A stretch of 64,000 nt of DNA from assembly GCF_009914755.1 (NCBI RefSeq), contig NC_060927.1; one strand, given 5' to 3'. Positions within the stretch are counted from its first letter, which is position 1; the number at the start of each line of letters is the position of its first letter. The notes below the pieces were generated by a model. It was not told where the DNA came from. It worked only from the letters and a program-made list of their open reading frames with translations, and did not search any database. This document shows positions 27,562 through 42,449 of the stretch, one piece after another. The position numbers and the translations under genes are program-made. The stretch comes from the human T2T-CHM13v2.0 reference genome, Homo sapiens.

Positions 27562-28100
<539 letters not shown>

Positions 28101-28519
28101 TAAATGATGGGCTGATTCCTGGAACAAATGTCTCATCTTCTATGTCTTGCACTCCTTTCTCTCCAATGTTAGTGAAGAACAGGGCTTTCCACACTGTAGT
28201 GCTCCTAAGAACCACCTCCATTAATTGAATTTTAACCCAGGCAAGTTTGGCCCTGGAGCTTGATGGCCACCATTCAATCATTTATTGATTCATTTCTTCA
28301 TTAGCTCATACTGAGTACCTGGCTAGCAGTTAGGGATATAAAGAAAAGATAAGTACCTGCCTCCAAAGATCTCACAATCTCTCAGGGAAAGCATTTGGGC
28401 AGGTTTTAAACCAAGCTCTTGTAACACATCCCCACCCCAAGCCTAGTCTACCCAGTAGACTAATATTACTGACTCCTAATATTAGCAGGACCCAGAACAA
28501 GGATACAGATAGAAGACTT

Positions 28520-28956
28520 CTACGTTAGTTTCCCAGGGATGTTATAACAAATTACTACAAAATTTGTGGCTTTAAAAGAAAAAGAATTATTATGTCACAG
28601 CTCTGGAGGCTAGAAATCTCAAGTCAAGGTGTCAGCAGCATGCCATCTGAGGGCTGTAGAGGAGAATTCTTCTTCACTTTGTTCGGCCTCCAGTGACTGC
28701 AGGTATTCTTGGCTTGGTCCTTACTCCTCCTTCACAGGCCCTTTTGTCCTGTGTCTCTGTGTCTTCACCTCTTCCCATAAGGATACTTGTCAGTGGACTT
28801 ATGACCCACACGGTTAATCCAGAATGATCTTATCTTGAGATGCTTCACTTAATTACATCTGCAAAGACCCTTTTTTCAAAATGAGGGCACATTCTTAGGT
28901 AGCAGGGATTAGGATTTAGACACATCATTTTGGAAGCCACAATTCAACTTACTAAA
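28520..28956 (-). mobile_element. MLT1C-like MaLR solo LTR
   Basis: tcacagctctggaggctagaaatc...aaggtgtcagcag...taatccagaatgatct...ttaattacatctgcaaagaccctttt. Confidence 0.8.
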
Positions 28957-29409
28957 CCCACATACCATGTCTAAATATTTAAAATTTATAAATCAAACTG
29001 ACAAATTGGCAGATAACTTACGTTTCACCTTAATATTTATACCATTATGATGACAAAATTTAAAAATATGTGCAAGCTATAGTTTCATATGGCCAAAAAG
29101 AAAATATCAAGATAGACTGAATTTAATCATTATTGTCTATGTGTAGGTGACCTATTGATAGTTGTATAATATTTGCATTAAGTAATAAATGCATACATAA
29201 TTCATAAATTACTATATATGCATTCTGTGAACTTTATTTTTCTTTCCATCAGTTAAGTAAAATTACTAAGTATGTTCCTATAATCAAGAGTTTTATGTAA
29301 TTTGTGTTCAGTTGACACAAATGAGGATAATAATGACATTCACTCTACAAGGAAATTGTATTTAAAGTGTACACAATTTGAATAAATTTTCATTTAAAAT
29401 GTAAATTGA

Positions 29410-29722
<313 letters not shown>

Positions 29723-30003
29723 CTACATGTAAATCGAGTACAAACATTTGTAAAATTAATTTCTTAAAGAATTATAAATCTATTTTTCTTACAAAATATT
29801 CAAACTTACTAAATTTAGAGGTAAAATATATATTGTAATCAATGAATATTGCATTTTTAAATAATTACTTAAATCATCTTTAATTTTTCATTCGATATTT
29901 TGAAAATTTAATTAAAGCTTAATAAATATGTCATAAAAATAAGATTATCTGCAATTTGAGAATTCAATGCCCATGCAATTGACCATGTTAGGAATCAGTG
30001 TCA

Positions 30004-30787
30004 CTGTTGGTGGGAATGTAAATTAGTATAGGCACCATGGAGAATAATATGGAGGTGCCTCAAAAAACTAGAAATAGAACTACAACATGATCCAGCAATG
30101 CCACTGCTGTGTATATATCTAAAAGAAAATACATCAATATATGGAAGAGATATCTGCATTCCCATGTTTATTACATCACTAATCACCAAACCAAGATATG
30201 GAATCAACCTAAGTGTCCATCAATAAATAAATGGATAAAGAAAATATGGTACATAAATACAATGGAATATCATTTAGCCATAAAAAAGAATAAAACACTG
30301 CCATTTGCAACAACATGGATGGACCTAGAGGACATTATGTTAAGTGAAATAAGCCAGGCACAGCAGGACAAATTTTGCGTGTTCTCACTCATATGTGGGA
30401 GCCAAGAATTAAGCAAATTGAACTCATAAAGATAGAGAGTAGAATGATGGTTACCACAGGCTAGGAAGGGTGGCAGGGAGTGGGGGTAAAGTGGGGCTAG
30501 TGAATGGGTACAAAAATACAGTTAGATAGAATGAATAAGATCTAGTATTCAGTAGCACAATTGGGTGACTATAGTTAACAATAATTTATTGTATATTTTA
30601 AAATAACTAAAAGAGTGGAATTGCCATGTTTCTAACACAAAGAAATGATAAATGCTTGAGGTGATGATTACCCTAATTATCCTGATTTGATAATTACACA
30701 TTGTATGCCTATATCAAAACATCACTTGTACCCCATAAATATATATGAGTATTATGTACCCATAATAATTATTTTTAAAAGACAAAA
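30004..30787 (+). mobile_element. 5'-truncated L1MA3/4-type LINE
   Basis: ORF2 C-terminus (WNQPKCPS...ATTWMDLEDIMLSEISQAQ) plus L1MA 3'UTR; 14-bp TSD aggaatcagtgtca (29990-30003) / aagaagcagtgtca (30788-30801). Confidence 0.9.
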
Positions 30788-31928
30788 AAGAAGCAGTGTC
30801 AAACTTCACGCATGTTATATTCAGACCTAAACTATTCCTCATCTACCGTGAACAACTTTTGTGAATACCATATTAACTCTAAGCACTACCAAAACCCACA
30901 AATTGGAGTGTAAAAAGAAAGAAAAAAAAAAGAATATGTGACACTACTAAAAAATCTTATTTTATTATGCCAGAACCTATCGCATTCATGTACCTGAGAG
31001 GAAGGATTTGATACACTAATTTGTCCTTTCCCTTACCTAAGTGCTTCCACTGCTCAAGTTTCCCTTGTCTTTTTCTAATAACAACAGCAAACCCACATAC
31101 CTGAATGAATTGATTTGTGTTGTGGAGCAAGAGATGTGAAGAAGCATTTCCCTGGGGCCTGAATGGTGATAGCATTGACAGTGAATGTTCCAGGTTATGA
31201 TGTGCCAGCAATAACAGCTGGTTCTCAAGTGAGAGACACTAGTGTGTTTGTGTGTGTGTGTGATCATGATCGTGATATATATCGTCCTTTAAATTGCAAG
31301 GATTAGGACAGAGACCACTCTTGCCTTTGGTATATTCTGGAAAATACCTCCCAGAACTCTGTTATGTCTTTCTGCTGAGTGTAAATCCCACCTGGCTCTC
31401 CAGAATAGAGCCTGCCATCCAGTCCTCTGGCATCCAGAGGGAGAAGCCTTGAATACTCTGCCTTGGTGCTGTTGTTTAGATCTCTACTCCTGACCATTCC
31501 ACTGCTAACCACCTTCCCATCTACCTTCTCTATCATCTTCCCACAGTCTCTGAGGCTATGTTTATCTTCCTCTGGAACCAGATGACCTGTGTGTCCCCAG
31601 ACTCTCCTGGTATTCCGTTTGACATAACCCCCAGTTCTGTTGCTACAGACCAGCCTATCAATCACTGCACCCACTGCCTTTGCTGAAGTCTATTAGCACA
31701 GTCCATCTCTGGCTGTCTTTAGGAGTACCATCTAACTTGGGTCCCTGGATGATCTCTTTGCTTTCACAACCTCTGAATGGTATGCTTTTCCCCATCAAGA
31801 ATTAGTTGAAATTCCAGGCTGGCCTTGCTAAGTAACAGCATCCCATCATAGAAAATGTCAGACAAATCCATGTCTCCCACCTCTGACTGGGTAAAGTGCT
31901 TTATTAAAAATAAGAGTTGCAAGTGATG

Positions 31929-32308
<380 letters not shown>

Positions 32309-32399
32309 TTAAACAGAGTTTGGAAACTTTTCCCAGTTTTCGTATACCCAGCCCAATTCACACATTTACATTACTAGGCTAGCCCTATAGGTAAACAAT

Positions 32400-32610
32400 A
32401 AAGCATTGTTTTTAGAGCCAGATGAAAGCGAATTTGAATCTCTGCTCCATTTCTTACCTGCTGTGTACTCTGAAACAAGTTACATACTCTTTCAGAGCTC
32501 AGTTTTCTCATCTCTCAAAAGGAATAGCAAAACACACCTAGCAGGTTAGTAATGATGACTAAAAGAAAATGTGCTTTAGCATAGTGTTTGCACACGCTAG
32601 ATAATTGGTA
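32400..32610 (+). mobile_element. MIR
   Basis: gagccagat...tttgaatctctgctcc...caagttac...ctcagttttctcatct. Confidence 0.7.
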
Positions 32611-34100
32611 GTTGTTGGTTCTGTTCCCCTCATTCAGCCTCCACAATTCTCTAGCCACACTCTCAAATCTGCTAATGGATACCTTATAACTTGGCTCTGA
32701 GTGGGGCCACTACTTCCTCCTTTTGGATGAGCAATTAAGGACTCAGGGGGCAGCCTGTAGCCAGGAACTTAACTAAGTCAACTAAATCCAATAAATGACT
32801 TCTTCTATTACATAGAAATCATGGGTGCTCGTAGATACAAATTGGCTGTCTTCTCTACTTTCCTTTACAGCATTTAAGTAGTTCCTTAACACAATTTTAT
32901 TTTGGAGCTTCCTAATTATATTACTCCAGGTACCTACTGTCAATGAGCTTGCCCATGGGAAAAAAAAAAAGAAGAGTTATTTATGCATTTTTATATTCCA
33001 CAAGCATTTATGGAGTAACTCTGGTGATCTCAGCACTGCAGAGCATGCCAAAGTATAAGACATGGTTCCTGCCCTTGAGGAACTTAAAGACTCACTGGTG
33101 ATAAATAATAAATATGTGAGAAATTATTAAATCAGAAGTGTATAAAACAGATGATGAATATTTAAGGGGAATGATGTTGTGGAAGAGCCCAATAATAATA
33201 TTATATCTGTAGTTTATTTTTTAACTATTTTTATATATAAAGAAATGAAGTAGCTAGAGAATGTACCGTGGGTCAGGGAAATAGCATGAACAGAGCCTTG
33301 ACAACTTGACTGAGCCAGTAGGAGCCTGAGCCAGTTGGAGTGAAAGCCCCATATAGAAGAGTCATTTCATTTCCATAAACATGAGCAAGCTCTAAATGAT
33401 AGCTACAATCCCACAAGTGTTTTTCCTGCCCCTGGCCTTTCTCCTACTTGGGACAATCTATCATACTCTAGTGTAACAAAACATTCTAAGTACCATGTGA
33501 AAAGTATCACTCTCCCATTCAAACACTTACAATGGCCCTCTACTACTGCTGAATCCCACTGCTCACTGAATCCAGACTCCTCTGTGGTATCCTTATGGAT
33601 CAGATAGAGGCTCAAAGTTTGGATTGTAGCGCAGTTAAGTAAAGAGAGGATAGCAAACTAGCAAACTGGATTTGAATCCAGTTCAGCCATCACCTAGTTA
33701 TGTAGACCCCTAAGGAATTCAACTTCCTTGTGCCTCAAATCCATAACTCATCAGTTGCTGAGGAGATTACAATAATTTAATACATGTAAAGGACTTAGAA
33801 TACTATTTGTCACATAGAAAATACTCAAGGACTATTGCCTGTCGGTAGAGGAATGAACGTATTGATTAATGGAACAAGTGAACCTGGAGAAAAGTTTCTA
33901 CTCCCAGCCCTGAAAGCTCAGTTTGTGAGCCAGTGAAGACATAGAAGATATACTTATTCCATTTGCGAAATGATATAAAGTGGATAGGAATAGCAAATAT
34001 GTTGGATGACAAATAATGTTCCAACACTATGCTAACCACCAACTGAAAGGGACAGACCTAACAAGATACAAGGAACAGGAATAAACACAGCCCAGTACTT

Positions 34101-34294
34101 TATGTGCTGGTAAACCAGCTCTCTAGAAGATAAAAGCCCCTGATTCACAGTATTTGCTAAATCCTGTGGTATAAAGACTCCTACCACAGCTGATGTCAAG
34201 TTACCATGTGATGTCCTGAACTCAGAATTGGGAAGAGATGCTAGCTAACATTGGCTCTCGTGAACTGCTGTGGGCTTGTTCTAGTACACCACTG
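34101..34294. mobile_element. MER63-type hAT MITE (opposite orientation to the copy at 27562)
   Basis: tgtgctggtaaaccagctctc...ttgggaagagatg...ttggctctcgtga...tacaccactg. Confidence 0.7.
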
Positions 34295-34649
34295 AAAACA
34301 GAAAGTCCTAAACGAAGTTTAAAACAAAACTCTGTGTTTAGTATGATATAAAATGTGGCATAGTGCCTGGCCCTAAAGAGTTTCCACGAACTGAGCGACT
34401 GTAAATTCAACATGCGAGAGAAGCAGGGAAGTGAAATGGCCTGAGAGCTCTGGTCCTGCAGCCAGACATTTATGGATTCAAATTTCACCTTCCTTGCTTG
34501 CTAGGTGCATGATCTTTGAATAATCACTAAACCTCTAATCCTAGCTCCCTCATCTCTAAAATGGAAATGATGATAATAATGATAATAATGTCTGCCTCGT
34601 AAACTTACAGAGTTGAATGAGAAATGTCATGTTAAGAAAGAGTTTAGCA

Positions 34650-34967
34650 GACTGGGCACGGTGGTCCATGCCTGTAATCCCAGCACTTTGGGAAGCCAAG
34701 GCAGGCAGATCCCTTGAGCCCAGCAGTTCAAGATCAGGCTGGGCAACATGCTGAAACCCCATCTCTACAAAAAATATAAAAATTAGCTGGGTGTGGTGGC
34801 ATGCACCTGTAGTCTCAGCTACTCAGTAGGCTGAGTTGGGAGGATCATTTGAGCCTGGTGGAGGTTCGAGGCTATAGGGAGCCAAGATCACACCACTGCA
34901 CTCCAGCCTGGGTGACAAAGTGAGGCCCTGTTTCAAAAAAAAAAAAAAAAAAAACCCAGAAGAAATA
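34650..34967 (+). mobile_element. AluJ inserted at the end of a MIR (34430-34645)
   Basis: J diagnostics (cttgagcccag, ggaggatcatttgagcc, gaccctg-like end); perfect 16-bp TSD aagaaagagtttagca (34634-34649 / 34968-34983). Confidence 0.92.
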
Positions 34968-35030
34968 AAGAAAGAGTTTAGCAATAAAAAAAAGACAAGC
35001 AACCAAAAGGGGAAAAAATGGGCAAAATAA

Positions 35031-35513
35031 TGTGAATGAGCTATAGCTGCCATAACACACCACCCAGGGCTACTGGCTTAAAACAACAAATATCTATGTG
35101 CTCTGATTTCTGTGGGTTGACAGTTTGGGCTGAGCTCAGAAAAAAATGGCTCATTTTATCCTCAAGAAATTAGCTGGGCTCAGTCTCATGTTTGCAGTCA
35201 GCTGGCAGTCAATGGCCTCACTCATGTGTTTGGCAGTTTGCTGGACTAATGAAGGTCACCAGGCCACGTGTCCCTCATCATTCAGCAGACTAGCCCAGGC
35301 TTTTTCACATGGTGGTGGTTTCAGAGAAGCAAGAAACAGCACCAATGCACAAGCACTTTCCAAGTCTCTTGGGCCTCTTCAAGTCTCACATTTTCTTATC
35401 TCCTTAGCCAAAGGAAATCACATGTCTACGCCCAGAATCTGTATGATGGGAATTACCCAAGGATATCGATTCAGGGAAGGAAATTATTGTGGCCATTTTT
35501 GCAAACTAGCACA
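35031..35513 (-). mobile_element. MLT1H-like MaLR LTR inserted in an old L1M fragment (about 34985-36030)
   Basis: tggcttaaaacaaca...tttgggctgagctcag...gtttgcagtcagctggc...ctagcccaggct...ggccatttttgcaa. Confidence 0.75.
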
Positions 35514-36039
35514 ATGTAAGAATAGGAAATCGATAAAAGAAAAAATCCAAATGGCAAAAAAAAAATGCGTGAAAAGACGTCCAACCTTATTAGTAAAAGG
35601 AAAATGCAAATTAAAATGAGATATCATTTCATATTTACTGGCTTGGTAAATAAAAAGCCTTATAAAACTGAGGAATGGTTGAAAATGGGGAAATGAGAAA
35701 TCCTGTACACAGCTACTGGAGCATAGACAAATTATGACACACTCATAGAATTCAGTAACTAAAATTAGGTTCCTAGGAATCAATATTGAAAACATAATTG
35801 TGAGTTACAGAATATCAGACAAATAAGATTTGATACTTTATATATGATATTTTATAAGTATATATGTAATAAAATTATAAAACATGGGTGGGAGGAACAT
35901 ACATCAACTTCAGAATAATATTTATTTATTGTGATGAAAGAATGAAAAGCAAAGAATGAAAAATAAAGGAGGCTTTGATTTTATCTGTATATTTTATTTA
36001 TCCAAAAATTTGAAGTAATCATGGTAAAATAGCAGCGTA

Positions 36040-36418
36040 CTGGAGGGCAAGGAGGGGAGGTGGGGATGGTTAGTAGATACAGAAACAGTAAAAAGAATGA
36101 GTAAGACCTACTATTTGATAGCACAACAGGGTGACTAAAGTCAATAATAACTTACTTGTACATTTTTAAATAATTTGAAGAGTGTAACTGGATTGTTTGT
36201 GACTCAGAGGATAAATGCTTGAGGGGATGAATACCCCATTCTCCATAATGTGCTTTTTTCATATTGCATGCCTGCATCAAAACATTTCATGTACACCCAA
36301 AATATATATACCTACTATGTACCAACAAAAATTAAAAATTAAAAGCATAAATAAATAAAAAGGAAAAGAAAAATATATGAAAATTAAAATTATGAAAAAA
36401 GCAAAAAAAAAAAAAAGA
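36040..36418 (+). mobile_element. L1MA1/2-type 3' end with A-rich tail
   Basis: taagacctactatttgatagcacaacagggtgact...ggataaatgcttgaggggatgaataccccattctcc. Confidence 0.85.
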
Positions 36419-36844
36419 ATATGTGTTAAATTCCAGAGGCAGGTCCATGAGGACTTGCTATGTTCAGAATATTTTAAATATAATATGTTTGAAATATTTC
36501 ATCATTAAAGTGACATTTAAAGAAATAATAGCTGACATCTTCTTTAAGAAGAAAAGGTTGGAGGAACAAGTTTTATAACTGTTTAATTGGCTGCCCAAAA
36601 AATCTGCTCTTAGATTACATTTATGGAAGTATAGAATGTAGAAAGAAGGTGTGTACAATCCTGCTCTACTCCGTAGTGTCAGACCATGCCATGCTGGAGC
36701 ACACTTTAGAAAGGACATACACAAATGTGAGAGTGGCCATTCATTCTGCCAACCACACTGCTTGAGTCTCTACTTGTGCTGTCAGTATAACAGGCCCTGA
36801 GGATACCACAGAGGACACAACATCTTGTGTCCCTGCTCTCAGAG

Positions 36845-37976
36845 GGGTTTGGATCATAAACCTGAAAGACACAATTCCAAACACCATCATCCCAAATACT
36901 GAAATCCCTAGAGATCAAAATTCCTAAACAGAAGATGGGAAAGTTTAACAGGAAATGTTCATGTTGTTGCATATCGAATCACAGAAGAATATCAAAAAGA
37001 GCAGCACTACATAGAAAATGAATATGAAAATATTCTCTGAGGAAAGCCATGTCCTAATAGAAAAAAGCAGCTATTCATCGTGATGCAAGACTTCAAAATA
37101 TAGTCAATGATAGTGAAGGTTAGCCAGCCTTATGGACAACCTCTGTGCAATTGCCATTATCTATCCACTTAATATACTTTTCATGTCTAATGTTTTTCTT
37201 TTCTTTTTGTTAGTCTTTTTCATTATTTTAAATTGTTAATGTTGTATTTTACAATTTGCTAGGCTATGTATTTCATCTTTACATCATTTTCAATATTGAA
37301 GATATAAATTGCATAGAGACTTTTGGAGAGTTCTAATTGGTTTTACACATTTTTTTGCAGATTTGACTCCAGAAAATGCATTATCATAACGTTGACTTTG
37401 TGTGTAAGCATTGTGCATGTAAGTAAAAATGTTGAAATTTCCTCAATAAATGAAGAGATGTTCTTTTGCTACATCTGCTTTTGTGAGAAATGTCTCAAGA
37501 TCTCGGCTCTTTGGGAGACTGCATATGTGATGGTGACCCAACATGGTTTTGTTTTTTTATTGATCTCTTTAAAATACTGTTAGGTTGCTCATAACAGTAT
37601 TTCATATGACTGCAGTTATAAGGCTGCGTACACAACCATAGTGATATGTGTTTATATATTTCCCTTTTTCACCTATTTCTTTATGAATACAGTTCATCTG
37701 CTCATAATTGTTATATCCATGTGGCTGTCATTAGTATATCTGAATTTTTATGCCTCCAAAAATGTGTATGTTATTGACTCTTTTATTGTATAAAGTGGCC
37801 TGTGAAGTGTTCTGTTGCATTTTTGTTTCTCAAATAAATTCCCTTTTAAATATCTTTAAAATACTTTTTTATTGTTTTTCTCAGAGTTATATTTTTGGGA
37901 TTGTGATCTTTCAGGATTTCCACATTCAGGATGGTGGCACTCTGGATTGTGTCTTTCAGGATTATGATCAGCTCTC
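36845..37976 (+). mobile_element. Ricksha-family MULE/MuDR DNA transposon, non-autonomous
   Basis: About 80-bp imperfect TIRs (gatcataaacctgaaagacacaat... / ...attgtgtctttcaggattatgatc); 9-bp TSD ctctcagag/ctcttggag; transposase C-terminal remnant from 36930. Confidence 0.85.
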
Positions 37977-39291
37977 CTCTTGGAGGCTTACCTTGCCTCC
38001 CAGTCAACATATACAGCAAATTTAAGAGCATATAGGATATAGTGGGTGAGGCAGTGGAGAGTTGATAACATAGCAAGGAGATGAAAAACTGCCCAAGCCA
38101 AGTTGTGAGGGGAAGAATGACAAGGCTGCCCGCCCCCACCTCTCTCCCACACTGACTCTTAGTCTACAGGGAATGCTGGGCTTTAGATGGAGCACTCTGA
38201 GTACCTTCCTGCACAGATACACTCAGCATAACCAGGGAGAAATCTGATATGTGTCCAGGGATCTCACTGGAGCTTTCCATGAAGCCCAGCCTTAGTGTCC
38301 CCATGAGAACTTCGCCCTCAAGCAAAGCAGAGGATCAGCGCAGTGTGCTCCATCCATCAGCTACTCGGCAGCCTTTATCCCTTCAAGGCTGAACTGCAAA
38401 AACAGTTATTTTTGCTGTACTGTATTTTTATTTCTCTTCAACTCCCTATTTCCTATTCAGTAATTATTGCCAAGAAATATTCACAGAAAACATGCTAGGT
38501 TTCTGACAGTCTGTCATGTGGGAGCTCTTCCTGTGCACTGCCTGGAGACTGGAGGCTGGCTGGGTGAGGTGCAGGGAGAATGGTTCTGGCCACCATAAGG
38601 AAAAAGTCTAAGGCTGCTGGGTTCAGACTAGCAGCAGGTAGCCTCTTTGGAGGTCTGCCAAGAGAAGACACAGGAACACTGAAGAGCAAGTGGCTGGTTG
38701 GCCTTAAGAATTCTATAAAATGTCTTCATTGAATTTTTCTGATTCTAGAATAATTATAAAACCATTAAAAATTAAAGAAATGTTTAAGACAGTGTGGCTC
38801 CATAATTTTATCTTGTAGGGAAAACCACTATTCACACTTTGATCTGTATCTTTTCAGACATTTTTCATTGCATATGCAAACTTTCAGATATGAAAGGGGG
38901 ATCATGATATATATAGATTGCCTTGCAACTTGCTTTTCTCTCCCGCCATAATGTTATATTTTGGAAGCCTTCCCCATATTGGATCTGCATGACTATTCAT
39001 TCTTTTTATGGGTTGCAATATTTATTCCTTCACAAATACCTACCAAACGTGAGCACCCACTTAATGTCAGGCACTCTTCTAGGCACGAGGGAACACAATG
39101 ATAAGCAAGAGTTTTGTCCTCATAAAACTTTACATTCTAGTAAAGAGAAAGAAATACACAAACAAAAAGATATCAAAGAATGTCCAAGAAATACATGCTA
39201 TGAAATAAAATAAAGCAGGTTAAGGGGTCACTGTGCAACAAAGAATACTGTTTTAAATTGCATAGTCATAGAACACTTCTCCCAGGGATTC

Positions 39292-39834
39292 TGTATCAGT
39301 GGTCTATCGCTGTGTTTCAAATTACCCCAAGACTTAGTGTTTAAAACAACAGTATTCATGACTCACAGTTTCTGTCTAATGGGAATCCAGCAGAGGCTTA
39401 GCTGCACCCGCTGCTTCAGGATCTCTCTCAGGCTTCAGTTGAGTTGCCAGCCAGACCTGCAGTCATCTGAAGGTTGTTAGCAGGAATTAGTTTCCTACAG
39501 GCTGTTCTCTGGGAGCATCAGTTCCTCATTGGCTGTTGGCTGAAGGTATCCCTCAGTTCCTTGCCATGTGGACTTCTCCATAGGGCAGCTCACAGCATGG
39601 CAGCCTGCTTACTCACAAGCAAGAATGACAGGGAGAGGAAGACAGAGGGAGAGAGAAAGAGCATGCAAGATGAAGTCATGGTATTCTGTTATAAGATCTC
39701 AGAAGTGAAATCCCCCCTTTTAAAATATTCTATTCATTATTAGTAAGTCACTAGGTCCAGCTCACACTAGAAGGGAGGGAATCCATACCAGGAGGGCAGG
39801 TCGTTAAGGGTCATTTTCGAAGCTGTTCACCACA
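39292..39834 (-). mobile_element. MLT1F-like MaLR LTR inserted in an L2 (about 39020-40115)
   Basis: ctcagttccttgccatgtggacttctccatagggcagctcacagcatggcagc...tctcagaagtga...ctaggtccagctcacac. Confidence 0.8.
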
Positions 39835-40819
39835 TGTTGATATTTGAACAGAGGTATAAATAGAGTGAGGAGACAGTCGTATTAATATCTGGGGGAGAAA
39901 ACCTTCCAAGAAGGAGAAACTGCAGGAGCAAAGGCCCTAAGGGTGGAACTGCCTTGGTCTGTGGAACAGCTATAGCCTCTAGGAACTGGAGCAGGAGGAG
40001 AGAAAGAGCAGTGGAAAATTAGGGTGAGAACGGGGAAGGGACCAAATCATCCCAGGCCTTATAGGCCATGGGAAAGGGCTTGGGGTTTTATTTTAAGAGT
40101 AATACGAAGCCACAGTATTCCCTAGTTTGTATTATCATAATTTATTTGCTTAACCTACTGATGAAGATCATTTTTAATTTTCTGTTTGTAAAAATGCCAA
40201 CCCTAAATATATGTATGTGTGCATTTATCCTGCAGGTATATGTGTATCCTCAGGGGACTTTTTCTGGACCAAAAAGTATGTGCATTTAAAATGTAGATAC
40301 ACACATATTGCCAAACTGCACTCACAAACACTTTCCCAATTGACTCGCCCATCAAAATTGTGCAAAAGGAAAGTCCTGGCCAACACTAAGTAGTATTAAG
40401 CTTTCGAGTATTCGTTAATCCGATGCAGGAAAGTGGCATTTCATTGTGATTTGTATTTGTTTCCTCTCTTAAGAGGACAAATCTCTTTGCATCCTTCTGT
40501 TTCATCCTCTGCAGGGTCTGGTGGGGTCTAAGGGTCCTCTACTCTGACTGTCTCTAATGGCTGCTGGCCCCACAGCCCAGGAGCTGGCCGGCTGTCCAGC
40601 ATTGCTTCCCTTTTCTTCCTGTGGTCTCAGGGGCCACTCTGGCCTTCCTACTGCGGAGCCTTTGCCTGATCTCCTTTCCCCACACACATCTCTTTCCACT
40701 TGTCAGACTCAGGTGTCTCCTCAGTGTCTAGCATCCAGCTGCCTCTGCCATGCTCTCCATCAGATTACAGGTGCTCAGAAGCCCCTCCACAGGATGCCAG
40801 GTGGCCCAGTGAAGCAATA

Positions 40820-41045
40820 GTCAGAGAGGTGTACACCAGGCTTCTATCCAGCTCCAGCTCCTATAACTCTCTGATCTTGGGGAAAGTGCCGAAACAGCAT
40901 GTGTCTCCATGCTTTCTCTAAATGGAGGTCAGAAATAATAGTCACTTCTTAGGTATGCTGTCATAGGATTAAATGCGAAAGTTAAAACAAAATACTAGGA
41001 ATAGTACCAACCACTTAGTAGGTAGTCAGTAAATATGAACTCTTA
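40820..41045 (+). mobile_element. MIR
   Basis: gatcttggggaaagt...aaatggagg...aggattaaatg...tagtaggtagtcagtaaat. Confidence 0.6.
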
Positions 41046-41653
41046 CCATCATCGTACCTACCTGAGTGCATTTGAGATGCAGTGAGGGCATCTGAGTTCC
41101 TAGAAGGCAGAAACAGTACCTTATTCATTTTTGCAATTCTAGAGGTACTTCATACAGTTCCCTGTACAAGACAGCATTCAATAATTATTTGTATAATTAT
41201 TTGTGTATGTGTCAAATCAAGGAATTCACACCTGAATGAATGAATGAATGAATTGAATGTGCAGCCCTAACATGGAGGGATTTAACTGTCAACTGTTATC
41301 TTGTGTACAGTTGGGAATCCTTGAAGGATCTCATGAAGATTAAATAACATAAAATAATGTTTTAAGAAGGAATTTAAGGAATAAGTAAATTTACAAATAA
41401 GATTTTTTTAAACCTGCAGATTTCGCCAGTTCTCATAAACGAAAGCGGCCAAAACACATTTGGAAACATGTTTTAAGCTGTCTGCTCTTCAGACCATGCA
41501 TGCATAGGCTACCCAGCCCTCCCCCAATTTCTGTAGCCCACCCTGCCTCCCAGTGGCCCATTACCAGGCAGAGGCCCCTCTAGAGATGAGCACACAAATG
41601 TGCTCACTGTTTTTGCCTCAGGTGCTCTCTCCAGCATGCACGGTGGTTTAAAA

Positions 41654-41971
41654 CAGAGGCAAACAACCACAGCCTGAAGGCCACATTCAGCTCGCAGATA
41701 TATTTTGCTTCATGCACACAGTATTTTCTAAAAATTAAATTAAAACTCAGGAGATTTACATTTTTTAAAGTACAGATACCTTGCAAAACCTGAGGTCTGG
41801 CCACAGGGACCAGCACTTCCTCATGGAAGCACCAGTCTTTTTCATGAACCCCTATAGCAGCAGTCCCCTTAGGACAGGCCTATACTTTATTTTCAGGTCC
41901 CCAGGACCCTACATTCTTATCTCATTGTTTATGTTGAACGGATGCCGAGCCACATGAGTTTTCAACCCTTG
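41654..41971. mobile_element. MER102-like hAT-Charlie element
   Basis: gcagatatattttgctt...aaaactcaggagatttaca...gagttttcaacccttg. Confidence 0.6.
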
Positions 41972-42449
41972 TTTTACAAGTATCATTCCAAGTAGACATT
42001 GGCCTTGCCTTTCACTAATGAAATACTCACTAATGAGTATTTCAGCCCCAAATAATTCCTCAAACATATAAAGCAACAGTTCCTTAACCCCGACATGATT
42101 TTTGAGAAAACTTCTCTATAATCGGATATACTCAAGCATTGTCTACAATTCTAACCTCTTAGATACTGAGTACTCGTTTGGCTACCACTTTTTTCAAGGT
42201 GTACCTCCATAAACATCCCATGGAAGACATTTTGGGGAACACAGCCTGGGAAGGTCCAGAGACCCTCAATACCTAAAGAGAAAACTCTACACTCACAGAT
42301 ACACTCACAGAGACAATCTCTTAGAAATAGGGGCAACACTGCCCATCTTCAGCCCCTTACCAAGGGAGGTGATACAAGAGAGATGACACAAGCCATCCCC
42401 TGGATAAGTCAACTGCAGAGGAAGCTGGGGAAGAGGAAGACCCATTGCC

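Noticed and set aside
31303-31674. 123-aa minus ORF containing IEKVDGKVVSS, resembling a keratin tail motif
   Set aside because: No rod-domain similarity, exon structure or processed-pseudogene hallmarks; a short chance match is likely
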